Source: Candidatus Krumholzibacteriia bacterium (lineage in GTDB: Bacteria > Krumholzibacteriota > Krumholzibacteriia > G020349025). Taken from it: DNA of 62,214 bases. The stretch is taken from the NCBI GenBank assembly GCA_035649435.1, contig DASRJO010000113.1, positions 1 through 62,214 of the forward strand, read 5' to 3'. A program made the position numbers and the translations under genes. Below are positions 1-8,950 of the stretch, one piece after another. A model generated the notes under the pieces. That model was not told where the DNA came from and made no database searches. It saw only the letters and a program-made list of their open reading frames with translations. Numbering within the stretch: the stretch's first letter is position 1; every line of letters begins with the position of its first letter.

Positions 1-875
1 AGCGCCCGGCGGCCCGTGCGATCGACCAGCGCCCCGAAGGCCGGGGTGGCGAAGATCGCGGCCAGGAACACGTAACCGTTCATGGTGCCGGCATCCTGCA
101 GCGACAGGCCATGTGCGTGCTGGAAGTACTTGATGGCGAACGTGCTGCGGAACGGGAAGATCACCGAATAGAACGCGATGCAAAGTCCCACCACGTACCA
201 ATAGGAGCGATCGAAGCGCACGAGATCGCGCAAGATCACACGTTCCGTTTTGGCCGGACGTTGCAGCGTGTAGCGACGTTCCGCGTACCGGTCGAGCAAG
301 TAGTAGGCGAACGTGGCCACGGCGCTGGCCGCGCACAGGCCGACCGCGAGGAGGAGTGGCTGTTGCCAGCCGGCATCGTAAAAGTTCTTGGCCCAGGTGG
401 GGGACACATCGGCTGCGTACGAACCGGCACGCGCGATGCTGAGATTGAAACCGAATGCCAAGCCGAGCCAGCGTCCCATGAACCACTGCCCGAGGCAAGT
501 GGTGATGGCGACGATCATCGATTCGGCACCGATGCCGAAGAGCAAGCGGCCCGCGGCCATCACCGGAAACGCCCCCGAGATGGCGGTCAAGATCGAGCCG
601 AGGACACAGATTCCGGCGAAGAGCAGCGTCGCCACCCGCGCGCCCATGCGATCGACCAGAACGCCGCCGATCAGCACGATGATGATGTTCGGCACGCTGT
701 AGATCGCGTTCAGCGTGCCGAGCTGCGTGTCGCTGAACCCGAGCAGCTTCTCCAAATGGTCGGCGAGCGGCGCGATCGAGTCGTAGACATAGTAATTGCC
801 GAACATCGCCAAGCTGACCAGCACCAGGACCGACCAGCGGATCCCTTGCGGGGGTGGCGGCAGTTTGTCGGCCAT
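1..875 (-). CDS. MFS-type transporter, N-terminal part (C-terminus runs off the left window edge)
   Basis: Absent from the ORF track because it is open at the window edge. My translation of the minus strand from the ATG at 875 gives MADKLPPPPQGIRWSVLVLVSLAMFGNYYVYDSIAPLADHLEKLLGFSDTQLGTLNAIYSVPNIIIVLIGGVLVDRMGARVATLLFAGICVLGS... This is a run of hydrophobic helices with an MFS loop-2/3-like GGVLVDRMGAR motif. The plus-strand ORF 111..941 is its R/D/H-rich antisense shadow. Confidence 0.7.
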   Translation of the reverse strand, partial: MADKLPPPPQGIRWSVLVLVSLAMFGNYYVYDSIAPLADHLEKLLGFSDTQLGTLNAIYSVPNIIIVLIGGVLVDRMGARVATLLFAGICVLGSILTAISGAFPVMAAGRLLFGIGAESMIVAITTCLGQWFMGRWLGLAFGFNLSIARAGSYAADVSPTWAKNFYDAGWQQPLLLAVGLCAASAVATFAYYLLDRYAERRYTLQRPAKTERVILRDLVRFDRSYWYVVGLCIAFYSVIFPFRSTFAIKYFQHAHGLSLQDAGTMNGYVFLAAIFATPAFGALVDRTGRRA

Positions 876-974
876 GCCTCGCCTTTCGCAGCGGACGGGC
901 CATCAAACCGATTCAGCGCACCGGCGTCAAGTGCGACGTGAGGATCGAAGAGAAAGGTGCCGACGGCGGAGTGG

Positions 975-2492
975 TCAGCTCTGCGGCTGGTGCAGCTTCC
1001 ACCATTGTTCGGCGCGGGCGTTGGTCCAGTTTTCGGGAACGGGGCAGGCCGCGAGCGCATCCGCCAGCTCACGGGCGCTCTGGAAGCGATCGTCGGGCTT
1101 CTTCGCCACGCACTTCAGGAGGATACGGTCCAGCTCCGGCGGGATCGGAACCTCGGCACGCTGCGACGCCGGGCTCGGCTCGGTCTTGACATGTTCGACC
1201 AGCACGCCGAGGGGTGTCCCGGATTCGAACAACGGCCTGCCGGTGACCAGCCAGTAACCGACGCAGCCGAGCGAGTAGAGGTCCGATCGCGCGTCGATCG
1301 GCTGTGTGCCGGTGATCACCTCGGGCGACATGTAGGCGGGTGTGCCGGTGGCAGTGCCTTCCGCCGTCGTCGTCTGACTCTCTTCTTGGTCCTTCTGTTG
1401 TTTGACGATCCCGAAATCCAGCACCTTGATGAAGTCGTACTTGATTCCCATGCGGCAAGCGTGGATGTTGGCCGGCTTGATGTCGCGGTGGATCAGGCTG
1501 TGATCGTGGGCATCGCCGAGGGCGTCGCAAGCTTGAAGCAGGAAATGCACCGCGCGCTCGACGGGGACCGGACCGAATCGCTCGACGAGGGTGGCCAGGT
1601 CGAGCCCGTCCAAGTACTCCATGACGTAATAGAAGACGCCCGATTGCGACAGGCCGAAATCGTAGAGCTCGACCGTGTGCGGTGAGCGCAGCTTCGCCGT
1701 GACCTGGGCTTCGCGCTCGAAACGGCGCAAGGCGCGGGCGCCGGAGTCCCCATCGCTCCCGCCGAGGAGCTCGGGACGGATCAACTTGATCGCCGCCGGC
1801 CGCGACAACAAGTGATGTCGCGCCAGCCACACTTCCCCCATCCCACCGGTGCCGATCTTCTCGACCAGATCGTACATGCCGGCCATGCTCGCTCGCATAT
1901 AGCCAGCACGGTATTTGCTGGTGAGCAGCGTGCCGAGAATCGCGACGGCGACGCCGACGGTCATCGCCACCAGGACAGGCATCGTGGTCGCAGTGCTCAC
2001 CAGTCCGGAAACGAGCGAGGCCTCCGGGTTCTGGCTCCGCACGAACAGTCCCAGCACGAACGGAATGGCGGCTGTCGGGAGAACGATGAACACCGCCCGT
2101 CGCCATGTGTTGGGAACGAGAATGCCGTAGGCAACGAGGAGCAGAAGAAAGTGCAGTGCTGCCTCGTGCCAGTAAGATGTGGCGGCGGCAGCATTTCCCG
2201 CCGTCGTCGCGGTCAGGATCCTGGCGTAGTGCGACACGGCCAAGGACACACCCATGGCGCCGAATGTCATGAGCTCGAGGCCGCGGAGCTGGCGAAGCGA
2301 GAACATGCGACGCGCGAAGAGCAGAGCGGTGGCGCCTGCCAGGGCGACGACCGACACCGAAGAGACGATGCCGGCCGCGGTTGCGCCAGCCAGGAAATCG
2401 CGCACCGCGAGCACGGCGCTCAGGAATGCAAACACGATCCCCGCGCCGCGCAACAGCGGCTGCAGCGCCATCGCAGTCGCCAAATCCTCCAT
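975..2492 (-). CDS. Hanks-type Ser/Thr protein kinase with N-terminal polytopic membrane domain
   Basis: ORF 975..2492 (505 aa), ATG at 2492. The C-terminal half carries the G-loop GTGGMGEVW, the AIKLI lysine, the catalytic loop HRDIKPANI, DFG and TPAYMSPE. The first ~200 aa form 5-6 hydrophobic helices. Confidence 0.85.
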   Translation of the reverse strand: MEDLATAMALQPLLRGAGIVFAFLSAVLAVRDFLAGATAAGIVSSVSVVALAGATALLFARRMFSLRQLRGLELMTFGAMGVSLAVSHYARILTATTAGNAAAATSYWHEAALHFLLLLVAYGILVPNTWRRAVFIVLPTAAIPFVLGLFVRSQNPEASLVSGLVSTATTMPVLVAMTVGVAVAILGTLLTSKYRAGYMRASMAGMYDLVEKIGTGGMGEVWLARHHLLSRPAAIKLIRPELLGGSDGDSGARALRRFEREAQVTAKLRSPHTVELYDFGLSQSGVFYYVMEYLDGLDLATLVERFGPVPVERAVHFLLQACDALGDAHDHSLIHRDIKPANIHACRMGIKYDFIKVLDFGIVKQQKDQEESQTTTAEGTATGTPAYMSPEVITGTQPIDARSDLYSLGCVGYWLVTGRPLFESGTPLGVLVEHVKTEPSPASQRAEVPIPPELDRILLKCVAKKPDDRFQSARELADALAACPVPENWTNARAEQWWKLHQPQS

Positions 2493-2765
2493 GCCCGAAC
2501 CGGGCTGGACTCCCCCCTGCGGTCAGAAGCGGCGGACGGGGGTCCGAGCGGACGTGGGTGCCGGTGCAGGCAAATCCTCGGTCAGCGGCAGGGTCGGTGT
2601 TTGGACCGCATCATTCATCGATGATCTCCTCCTGGCCGGAGCGCCAACAGCGCGCCGGGAGCTGAATATATCACGCCAACCCGCAGGGGCTCGTGGGAAG
2701 CACGACGCGACCAGAACGCTGCAAGCTTGGTTCGCGCGCAAACGGCCGCGAGGAGTACCGGGCTC

Positions 2766-3836
2766 CTAGCGAAATACGCCTTTCACCGCGGAGATCGACT
2801 TCGAGGACACGACAGTCGGCATGGAGAACTTGTACACGGTGCGGCCGACCGCATACCCGAGGGTCGGGCTCAACATGTGGAAGCTGTTGACGTTGCGTCC
2901 GAAGGGATCGGACACCCAGGTGAGCCCGCCGTCCTCGGTCCGGTAGGTCGTCAATGGGGAACCGCCGATCCAGCCAAGGTTTTCGGTGGCGAAGCCGATT
3001 CCTTGCTCGCGGACGTTGACGAAATCGCCTTCGATCCACGTCTTCCCGCCGTCCGTGGTCTTGAGAAATACGGGCGCGTTGTGACCGGATTCGAGCGAAA
3101 CGTAGCCGGTGCTTCGCGAGGGGAACGAGATCTTCCAACCCCACAAACCGGATTCGCTCCCGAGGTAACGCGTCGTCCAAGAGACTCCGCCATCCGCGGT
3201 CCACAGAACCACTGCCTTTGACTGGTGTGGGAACGCGCCACGACCGCCGACGACGAAACCAGAGTCCGGCGAGACGAAATGGACGTCCACCAAGGTCGCG
3301 GCCCAGGGCGACATGTCGATCGTCGTCCAATGGGCGCCGCCGTCGTGGGTCTTGACCAGGCGCGCAGGACCTTCGTACGTCCCGCAGCCATAAACGGTGG
3401 CGGCATTCACGGCCCAGAAACCACAGATGCCGGTCGGCACGGGTGCGGTCAGATCGGCCACTGGGACGAAGGTGATGCCGCCATCGGTCGTCGCATACAG
3501 CGGGTACTGAGAGAACAAGGAACCGACCCAGCCCCGGAGCGAGTCGGTGAAGACGACGCTGCGGAAGAATGCGTCGGGTTCCTGGAAGCCGAGCTGCCAC
3601 GATGCGCCGCCGTCGGTCGTGCGGTGAACCTCGCCGTCGCGGTTCACCACCCAGCCGCGCTCGGCATCGATGAAGAACACGTCCTCGTGCCGGTCGGTTC
3701 GAATCGGGGCGCGCGGTAGCGCCTGCCAGCTCTGCGCGATCGCGCACTGCATGAGCCCGGAATAGACCAGGGCGACGGCCAAGAGACGAAGCGTGTATCG
3801 TTCAGCACGGCGCTGAAACCCGCGATGCAAGCGCAT
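2766..3836 (-). CDS. BNR/Asp-box repeat beta-propeller protein (Ycf48/sialidase-like), secreted
   Basis: ORF 2766..4004. I prefer the in-frame ATG at 3836 (MRLHRGF...LLAVALVYSGLMQCAIAQS looks like a signal peptide). Asp-box motifs recur: TTDGGASW, TTDGGITF, THDGGAHW, TADGGVSW, TTDGGKTW, TEDGGLTW. Confidence 0.75.
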   Translation of the reverse strand: MRLHRGFQRRAERYTLRLLAVALVYSGLMQCAIAQSWQALPRAPIRTDRHEDVFFIDAERGWVVNRDGEVHRTTDGGASWQLGFQEPDAFFRSVVFTDSLRGWVGSLFSQYPLYATTDGGITFVPVADLTAPVPTGICGFWAVNAATVYGCGTYEGPARLVKTHDGGAHWTTIDMSPWAATLVDVHFVSPDSGFVVGGRGAFPHQSKAVVLWTADGGVSWTTRYLGSESGLWGWKISFPSRSTGYVSLESGHNAPVFLKTTDGGKTWIEGDFVNVREQGIGFATENLGWIGGSPLTTYRTEDGGLTWVSDPFGRNVNSFHMLSPTLGYAVGRTVYKFSMPTVVSSKSISAVKGVFR

Positions 3837-4086
3837 CCTCGGTCTGCGTTTGACTGCGGCTTCTCGGAACACCATATTGCGGCACCCACCGTGCGTCGTG
3901 CCGACGGCGACTTCCCTTCCCCACACCATTCGGCTCCTCTGGAGCCGACACCACTGGGCCACAGCGATCGTCGTCCTCCCGTGAGCCCGGAGGGGTTCCA
4001 TCATGCCACAAATCGTTCTCGGTCCTACGCTTCCCGGACGCTACCCGCGCTGGGGCTACATTGACCGGCTCGAAAGCAATCCAGCC

Positions 4087-4749
4087 ATGCCTCGCGCGCT
4101 CGCGGCGACGCTCGCACTGGTCATCGCGGCCGGCATCGGGATCAGCGGCACGCGGCGGTTTTGGCCGAGCGGTGACGCGTTGGTTCTGGTCGAATCGCGC
4201 GAACTGACTGGCGTCCAGATCACTCCCTTTCGCATCTCCGCACCGCCGCTCGTGTACAAGACGAAGGTGGACCCCATGCCGGCACCACGCGAAAAGCAAG
4301 GAGTGATCGTGCCGGTCGACGACGCGGACGTCGTGACGGACGAAATCTCCGGCGAGCCCGGAGCCGGCAATGCACCAGGCGTCGTGAGCGGGATCTGCGA
4401 TGGAGAGACTTGGGACGGGTTGACACACTTCGGCACGACATCGGGCGAGTCCGAGTCATTCATCGTCGTCGAGCAAGAGCCGCAACTCGTGTGGATGCAA
4501 TCCCCGGAGTATCCGGAAATCGCACGGGATGCAGGCATCGAGGGGCGTGTGCTCGTGCGCGCTTTGGTCGGAGAAGACGGCAGCGTGCAGAAGGTGCTGC
4601 TGATTCAGAGCGTCCTCGGCCTCGACGAAGCGGCCTTGGAAGCGGGGATGACCGCCGTGTTCCGCCCAGCGTTGCAGCAAGGCCGGCCGATGGCTGTGTG
4701 GGTGGTCATCCCGATCGATTTCAGCCTGCGCGGTCCGGGCCTGGACTGA
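4087..4749 (+). CDS. TonB-family energy transducer (C-terminal TonB domain)
   Basis: ORF 4003..4749. The in-frame ATG at 4087 gives MPRALAATLALVIAAGIGISG (membrane anchor). The C-terminus reads PEYPEIARDAGIEGRVLVRALVGEDGSVQKVLLIQSVLGLDEAALEAGMTAVFRPALQQGRPMAVWVVIPIDF, which matches the TonB C-terminal domain pattern. Confidence 0.75.
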   Translation: MPRALAATLALVIAAGIGISGTRRFWPSGDALVLVESRELTGVQITPFRISAPPLVYKTKVDPMPAPREKQGVIVPVDDADVVTDEISGEPGAGNAPGVVSGICDGETWDGLTHFGTTSGESESFIVVEQEPQLVWMQSPEYPEIARDAGIEGRVLVRALVGEDGSVQKVLLIQSVLGLDEAALEAGMTAVFRPALQQGRPMAVWVVIPIDFSLRGPGLD

Positions 4750-4807
4750 ACGCCGAGGGGCCCGCCACGACTCGACGTCACTAGGCCCAAGCCCTCGGCA
4801 GGTGCGC

Positions 4808-7800
4808 TCAGCGTTGCACGACGAGCTTCTGCTTCAGGACGCGTTCGCCGATCTGCATGCGCACGAAGTAGATGCCGGCGGGCACGGGCATGCCGGTGTG
4901 GTCGCGCGTGTCCCAGTGCAGCATGTGCCGGCCGGGAGCTTGCGAGCCGCTCCGCAGCGCGCGCACGCGCTGACCGCGGGCGTTGTACACCACCAGCTCG
5001 ACGTCGGCCGGTGCGCGCAGCTCGTAGGCGATCGAGGCCAGCTCGCGCGTCGGGTTGGGGAAGACGCGTTCGAGCGTCGGCATCCATTGCTCGGTCTCGG
5101 ATGGAGGTTCGGCCGAGGTGATCTTCGTCGCGCCGCTCGGTCGGATCTCGACCGCGACGACGGCCCAGTCGGTGAGACCGGTGAAGACGCCGTCGAATGT
5201 CACCGCGCCAGCAGTGGTGGCACGTTCGACGGCGGTCAGCGAAGCCGCCGTCCCGCTCGTCCCCATCCGGGAATCGGCGCGTTGCGACCAGCCGCTTCCC
5301 GGCGTGAGAATGTGGCTGCGCTGCGCGGTGACACCGAATGCGATTCCCCCCTGCGTCGGGAGCGAGAAGCTGAACGATCCACCGTCGATGCCGTTGGCGC
5401 AGGCGCCGTTCGTCCCATTCGAATTCCCGGACACGATGTTGCCGATGGGCGTGGTGGCATCGGACCCCGCGTAGCGAGCGACCAGGATGACCGCGTTATC
5501 AGGCGGGGAGGCGAGCGTCGCGGTCACGACGCCAGGAGTGGGATTGCCCCTGGCGCGCCAGATCTCGACGCCGGTCTGGCTGCGACCGGCGCATTGCGCC
5601 CGCACGCGCGTCCAGGTGAGGCCGAGGCCGGTCACCGTCGTCACGCTACGCAAGCTCTTGCTCGCGACCGCGGCGAGGTAGAGATCTCCGGAGGTGCCGC
5701 CGAGCGGTGCGGTGGTGCTGACCGTGGCCGAGGCCGCGGCGCCGCCGGTCTGCGACTCGACGAACGTGACCGCTCCTGTGGACCCGGTCACACCGAGGCT
5801 CACCGTCGTTACGGCGCTTTGCGCCGTGCCATCACTCGCCCGGTAGGTGAAGCTGTCGGAGCCCGAGTATCCGCTGTTCGGCGTATAGACGAACGAACCA
5901 TTGGCGGCGAGCGACAGGCTGCCGTGGGTGGGGGAGGCAACTTGAACGGCGGTGAGCGGGTTGCCGTCCACGTCGCTGTCGTTCGTCAACACGCCCGGTG
6001 CGGCGATGTTGAGCACCCCGTCGCGAGCGACGCTCCAGACGTCGGCCTGCGCCACGGGAGCATCGTTCACTGCCGCCACGGCCAAGGTCACGCTCCCCGT
6101 AGCCGATCCACCCCGGCCATCGTTGAGCGTGTAGGTGAAGCCATCGTTGCCGTTCCAGTTGGCGGCCGGCGTATAGGTGAAGCTGCCATTCGCTTGCAAG
6201 TTGAGCGAGCCATGCGCGGGTGCGCTCCCCACGGCAGCGCTCAGAGGGTCGCCATCGGGATCGCTGTCGTTGCCCAGCACACCGGGTGCCGCAGCAGTGA
6301 ATGCGACGTCCTCGGTCACGGAGTAACTGTCATTCGTAGCCACCGGTGTCCCATTGCCGGGCACGCCGGTTCCGTTGCCGCGCTCAATGATGAGCTCCGG
6401 CTTGTTGGTGCCCTCGCGCGACGAGTAGCGCGCTACGTCGGACGTCGTCGTCGAGAGCGCGAAGCAATAAGTTCCGTTGCCGGTCACGACCGAGGTGAGG
6501 TTGATCTCTTCCCACTGTCCGGAAGTCACCTGTCCAGTCGCACCGATCGCCGTGCCCGAAATGACCGGTGCATTGGTCCACAAGATCCCGGTCTCGGTCC
6601 ACGGCGTCGAGGTGCCGTTATAGGTATTGGCGACGGAGTAGAGGGAGCCGCCGTTGGTGCTGCTCTCGGTCACGAAGAGTCGCAGGCGTGCCGAGGCGAC
6701 GACACTGAAGCCGCTGACCTGGAAGCGCAGATACGGGCGCTCGGTGCGGCTGCCGGCGCGTGTGCGGAATTCCGACGACGTGCCGTAGTTGCTCGACGGT
6801 TTGAAGGACGAAACGTAGGTGTCCGCCAACGGGTTGAAGGTGGCGGCAACCGGCCCGCCGACGCCGATCTTGGCCGTCGTGGTCGCGCTCACGCTCAGAG
6901 GATCATGCACGCGATAGATGAAGGTGTCGACGCCGTCGAACGCGGCCACCGGCGTGTAGGTGAAGGATCCGTCCGTGGCCATGCTCAGGCTGCCGAACTG
7001 CGGCCAGGTGACGATCTCCACCGTCAGCATGTCGCCGTCGGCATCGCCGTCGTTGGCGAGCACGCCGGGCACCGGCACCACGAGCGTGGTGGCGATGGGG
7101 GTCGTGTACGTATCGCTGGCCACGGTGGGGATGTCGTTCACCGGCATCACATTGAGTGTAACCGCCGCCGTCGCCGTGCCACCGCGCCCGTCGCTCGCGA
7201 TGTAAGTGAATTCGTCGCTGCCAGAGACGTTGGCGGCCGGCGTGTAGGTGAAGCTGCCATTGGCATTGAGAACGAGCGCGCCGTGGCTCGTCCCCGACTG
7301 CAGCGACACGGTAAGCGCATCGCCATCGGCATCGCCATCGTTGCCGAGCACACCGGGCGCCGGCACATTGAGAACCACGTCTTCGTTGGTGGAGTAGTCG
7401 TCGCTGCGGGCGACCGGCATCCGATTGCCGTCGTCGGTGACGATGGTGCCCTCGCCGCGCGAATCGGCGAACGTGGCGTTCGTGGGGTTCGACAGGTCGA
7501 CGAAGAAGTTCTCGTCGGCTTCGATGTTGAGATCACCGATCACACCCACGGTGATCGTGCGCGACGTCTGCGAGCTGCTCAAGCTCAGCGAGCCCGAGAC
7601 CGCGTTGTAGTCGTTCCCGGCCACGGCGCTGCCGTTGGCGCTCGCGTACTGCACGGTCACGGTCTGGCCGCTCACGGGGCTGGTGAGCGTGACGGTGAAG
7701 ACGGCGTTCGTGACTCCCGAGCTGCCCTCGTTCACACTCGCGTCCGAGATGGCGAGCTTCGGGTTCGCGGCTCCGCAAGGCCCGCGTGTGATCGGCGTCG

Positions 7801-8731
7801 AGTTGCTGTTCCATGGACTCCGCTTGAACTGGAACATGCTCGTGGTGTTGAGCGTCGCCGTCACCTGGACCGGCAGCTCGCTGCCTCCGTTTTCGACCTG
7901 GACGCGGACGATGTTGCTGGCGGAGAAAGGCTGGTCTTGGATCCAGCTGTGGCCATCGCCATGGATGAAGAGAATGGGCTTGGCGAAGGTTTTCGCCTCG
8001 CTCACGAACGGGTTGAAGAAGGTACTGTGATTGCTCCCTGGACCCGCCTGGGCGAAGATCACCGCGCCGCGCACTTGGGATGCCTTGGTCTGCAGCTGCT
8101 GCACCACCCAATCGGCATCGTCTTCCATGATGCTCGTGCTGTTGGAGCCGCCGACCAAGTTGATGCCGACGAACAAGATGCCCTTGTACACGTAGGCGAA
8201 GTTCTCGGTCCGGCCGCTCTGGCGCTCGGTGCTCGGCGAACAAGTCCAGTTCTGCTCGAGGCGCAGTAGGTACTGCGTCCAGTACGACCACCCTGTGGAT
8301 GGGTTCGAGCAGTCGGTGGTCTCGTTGTCGCCGGGCACGATGTAACACGGAACCAGGGACGATTTCAGGATGTTGGCGACGGTCTGGTAGCGATCGGCGC
8401 TGCAGGCTTCGCTGCCCGACTTGATGTCCCCGACGTGGGTGAGGAACTCCGATGGGCTGTAGAGATCGTGCTGGTCGATCTGCTGCTGGAACTCGGGGAT
8501 CTCGCTCGTGCCGTAGGGCACGTCGCCCATCACGGAAAACACCACGGGTTCATTGGCCTGGATGAGATCGTCCCAACCGGTGCCCCAGTCGGCCGCATGA
8601 ATCGGCGCGACAAGGGACAGTTCGAAGAGGGCCACTCCAGTGGCAATCGCGGCGAGTCGAGCAGCAAAGGCGACGAAAGTCCGACAACACCCGCGCGGGG
8701 CGCGAGCCCACACAAAGCGGCGATTGTTCAT
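4808..8731 (-). CDS. Large secreted metallophosphoesterase / Calx-beta / cadherin-like repeat protein with T9SS C-terminal sorting domain
   Basis: ORF 4808..8902. The in-frame ATG at 8731 gives MNNRRFVWARAP...AARLAAIATGVALF...APIHA (signal peptide).
- Calcineurin-like phosphoesterase motifs: VMGDVPYG, HVGDIKSG, IVPGDNE, FIHGDGHSW.
- Calx-beta-like block: ISDASVNEGSSGV...VQYASANGSAVAGNDY.
- Four cadherin/Big-like repeats: GVLGNDGDADGD, GVLANDGDADGD, GVLGNDSDPDGD, GVLTNDSDVDGN, each followed by GSFTYTP.
- A DNRLRE-like module: ADTYVSSFKPSSNYG...RPYLRFQVSG.
- C-terminal tail VFPNPTRELASIAYEL...VELVVYNARGQRV...AGIYFVRMQIGERVLKQKLVVQR, which fits the T9SS type-A CTD pattern. Confidence 0.85.
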   Translation of the reverse strand: MNNRRFVWARAPRGCCRTFVAFAARLAAIATGVALFELSLVAPIHAADWGTGWDDLIQANEPVVFSVMGDVPYGTSEIPEFQQQIDQHDLYSPSEFLTHVGDIKSGSEACSADRYQTVANILKSSLVPCYIVPGDNETTDCSNPSTGWSYWTQYLLRLEQNWTCSPSTERQSGRTENFAYVYKGILFVGINLVGGSNSTSIMEDDADWVVQQLQTKASQVRGAVIFAQAGPGSNHSTFFNPFVSEAKTFAKPILFIHGDGHSWIQDQPFSASNIVRVQVENGGSELPVQVTATLNTTSMFQFKRSPWNSNSTPITRGPCGAANPKLAISDASVNEGSSGVTNAVFTVTLTSPVSGQTVTVQYASANGSAVAGNDYNAVSGSLSLSSSQTSRTITVGVIGDLNIEADENFFVDLSNPTNATFADSRGEGTIVTDDGNRMPVARSDDYSTNEDVVLNVPAPGVLGNDGDADGDALTVSLQSGTSHGALVLNANGSFTYTPAANVSGSDEFTYIASDGRGGTATAAVTLNVMPVNDIPTVASDTYTTPIATTLVVPVPGVLANDGDADGDMLTVEIVTWPQFGSLSMATDGSFTYTPVAAFDGVDTFIYRVHDPLSVSATTTAKIGVGGPVAATFNPLADTYVSSFKPSSNYGTSSEFRTRAGSRTERPYLRFQVSGFSVVASARLRLFVTESSTNGGSLYSVANTYNGTSTPWTETGILWTNAPVISGTAIGATGQVTSGQWEEINLTSVVTGNGTYCFALSTTTSDVARYSSREGTNKPELIIERGNGTGVPGNGTPVATNDSYSVTEDVAFTAAAPGVLGNDSDPDGDPLSAAVGSAPAHGSLNLQANGSFTYTPAANWNGNDGFTYTLNDGRGGSATGSVTLAVAAVNDAPVAQADVWSVARDGVLNIAAPGVLTNDSDVDGNPLTAVQVASPTHGSLSLAANGSFVYTPNSGYSGSDSFTYRASDGTAQSAVTTVSLGVTGSTGAVTFVESQTGGAAASATVSTTAPLGGTSGDLYLAAVASKSLRSVTTVTGLGLTWTRVRAQCAGRSQTGVEIWRARGNPTPGVVTATLASPPDNAVILVARYAGSDATTPIGNIVSGNSNGTNGACANGIDGGSFSFSLPTQGGIAFGVTAQRSHILTPGSGWSQRADSRMGTSGTAASLTAVERATTAGAVTFDGVFTGLTDWAVVAVEIRPSGATKITSAEPPSETEQWMPTLERVFPNPTRELASIAYELRAPADVELVVYNARGQRVRALRSGSQAPGRHMLHWDTRDHTGMPVPAGIYFVRMQIGERVLKQKLVVQR

Positions 8732-8950
8732 TCGACTCAGCCTCCGGCTGCCCGGCACGACGCCTCCGGCTCGTCTTGAGCCTGTGGAAGCGCCGCCGAT
8801 GTTTTTTTTCCACCCGTCTCTGACGCAGTATGAAAAGTCTAATTGTTTCCAAGGAGGGCACACAAGGCCCCAATGTTCGGAGTCGCCGACTTCGAACTTC
8901 ACGGACTATTCGTCATGCACGAAAGTGCAAGTGGGTGGTTTGCCGCATTC

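Noticed and set aside
4752-4799. Inverted repeat GCCGAGGG ... CCCTCGGC between the convergent TonB-like and cargo genes, considered as a bidirectional terminator
   Set aside because: It has only an 8-bp outer stem with a ~32-nt interrupted loop and no U/A tracts. That is too weak to call from sequence alone.
4802-8269. 1155-aa plus-strand ORF (and the nested shorter ORFs) opposite the large T9SS cargo gene
   Set aside because: Its composition is dominated by R/G/A/D/H/V with no recognisable motifs. It lies exactly antisense to a gene with many strong domain signatures, which makes it a typical high-GC shadow ORF.
8802-8809. T8 run in the intergenic region, considered as an intrinsic terminator tail
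   Set aside because: No convincing stem-loop precedes it, and no plus-strand gene ends upstream. On the minus strand it is an A-tract upstream of the large cargo gene, so at most it is a promoter UP-like element.
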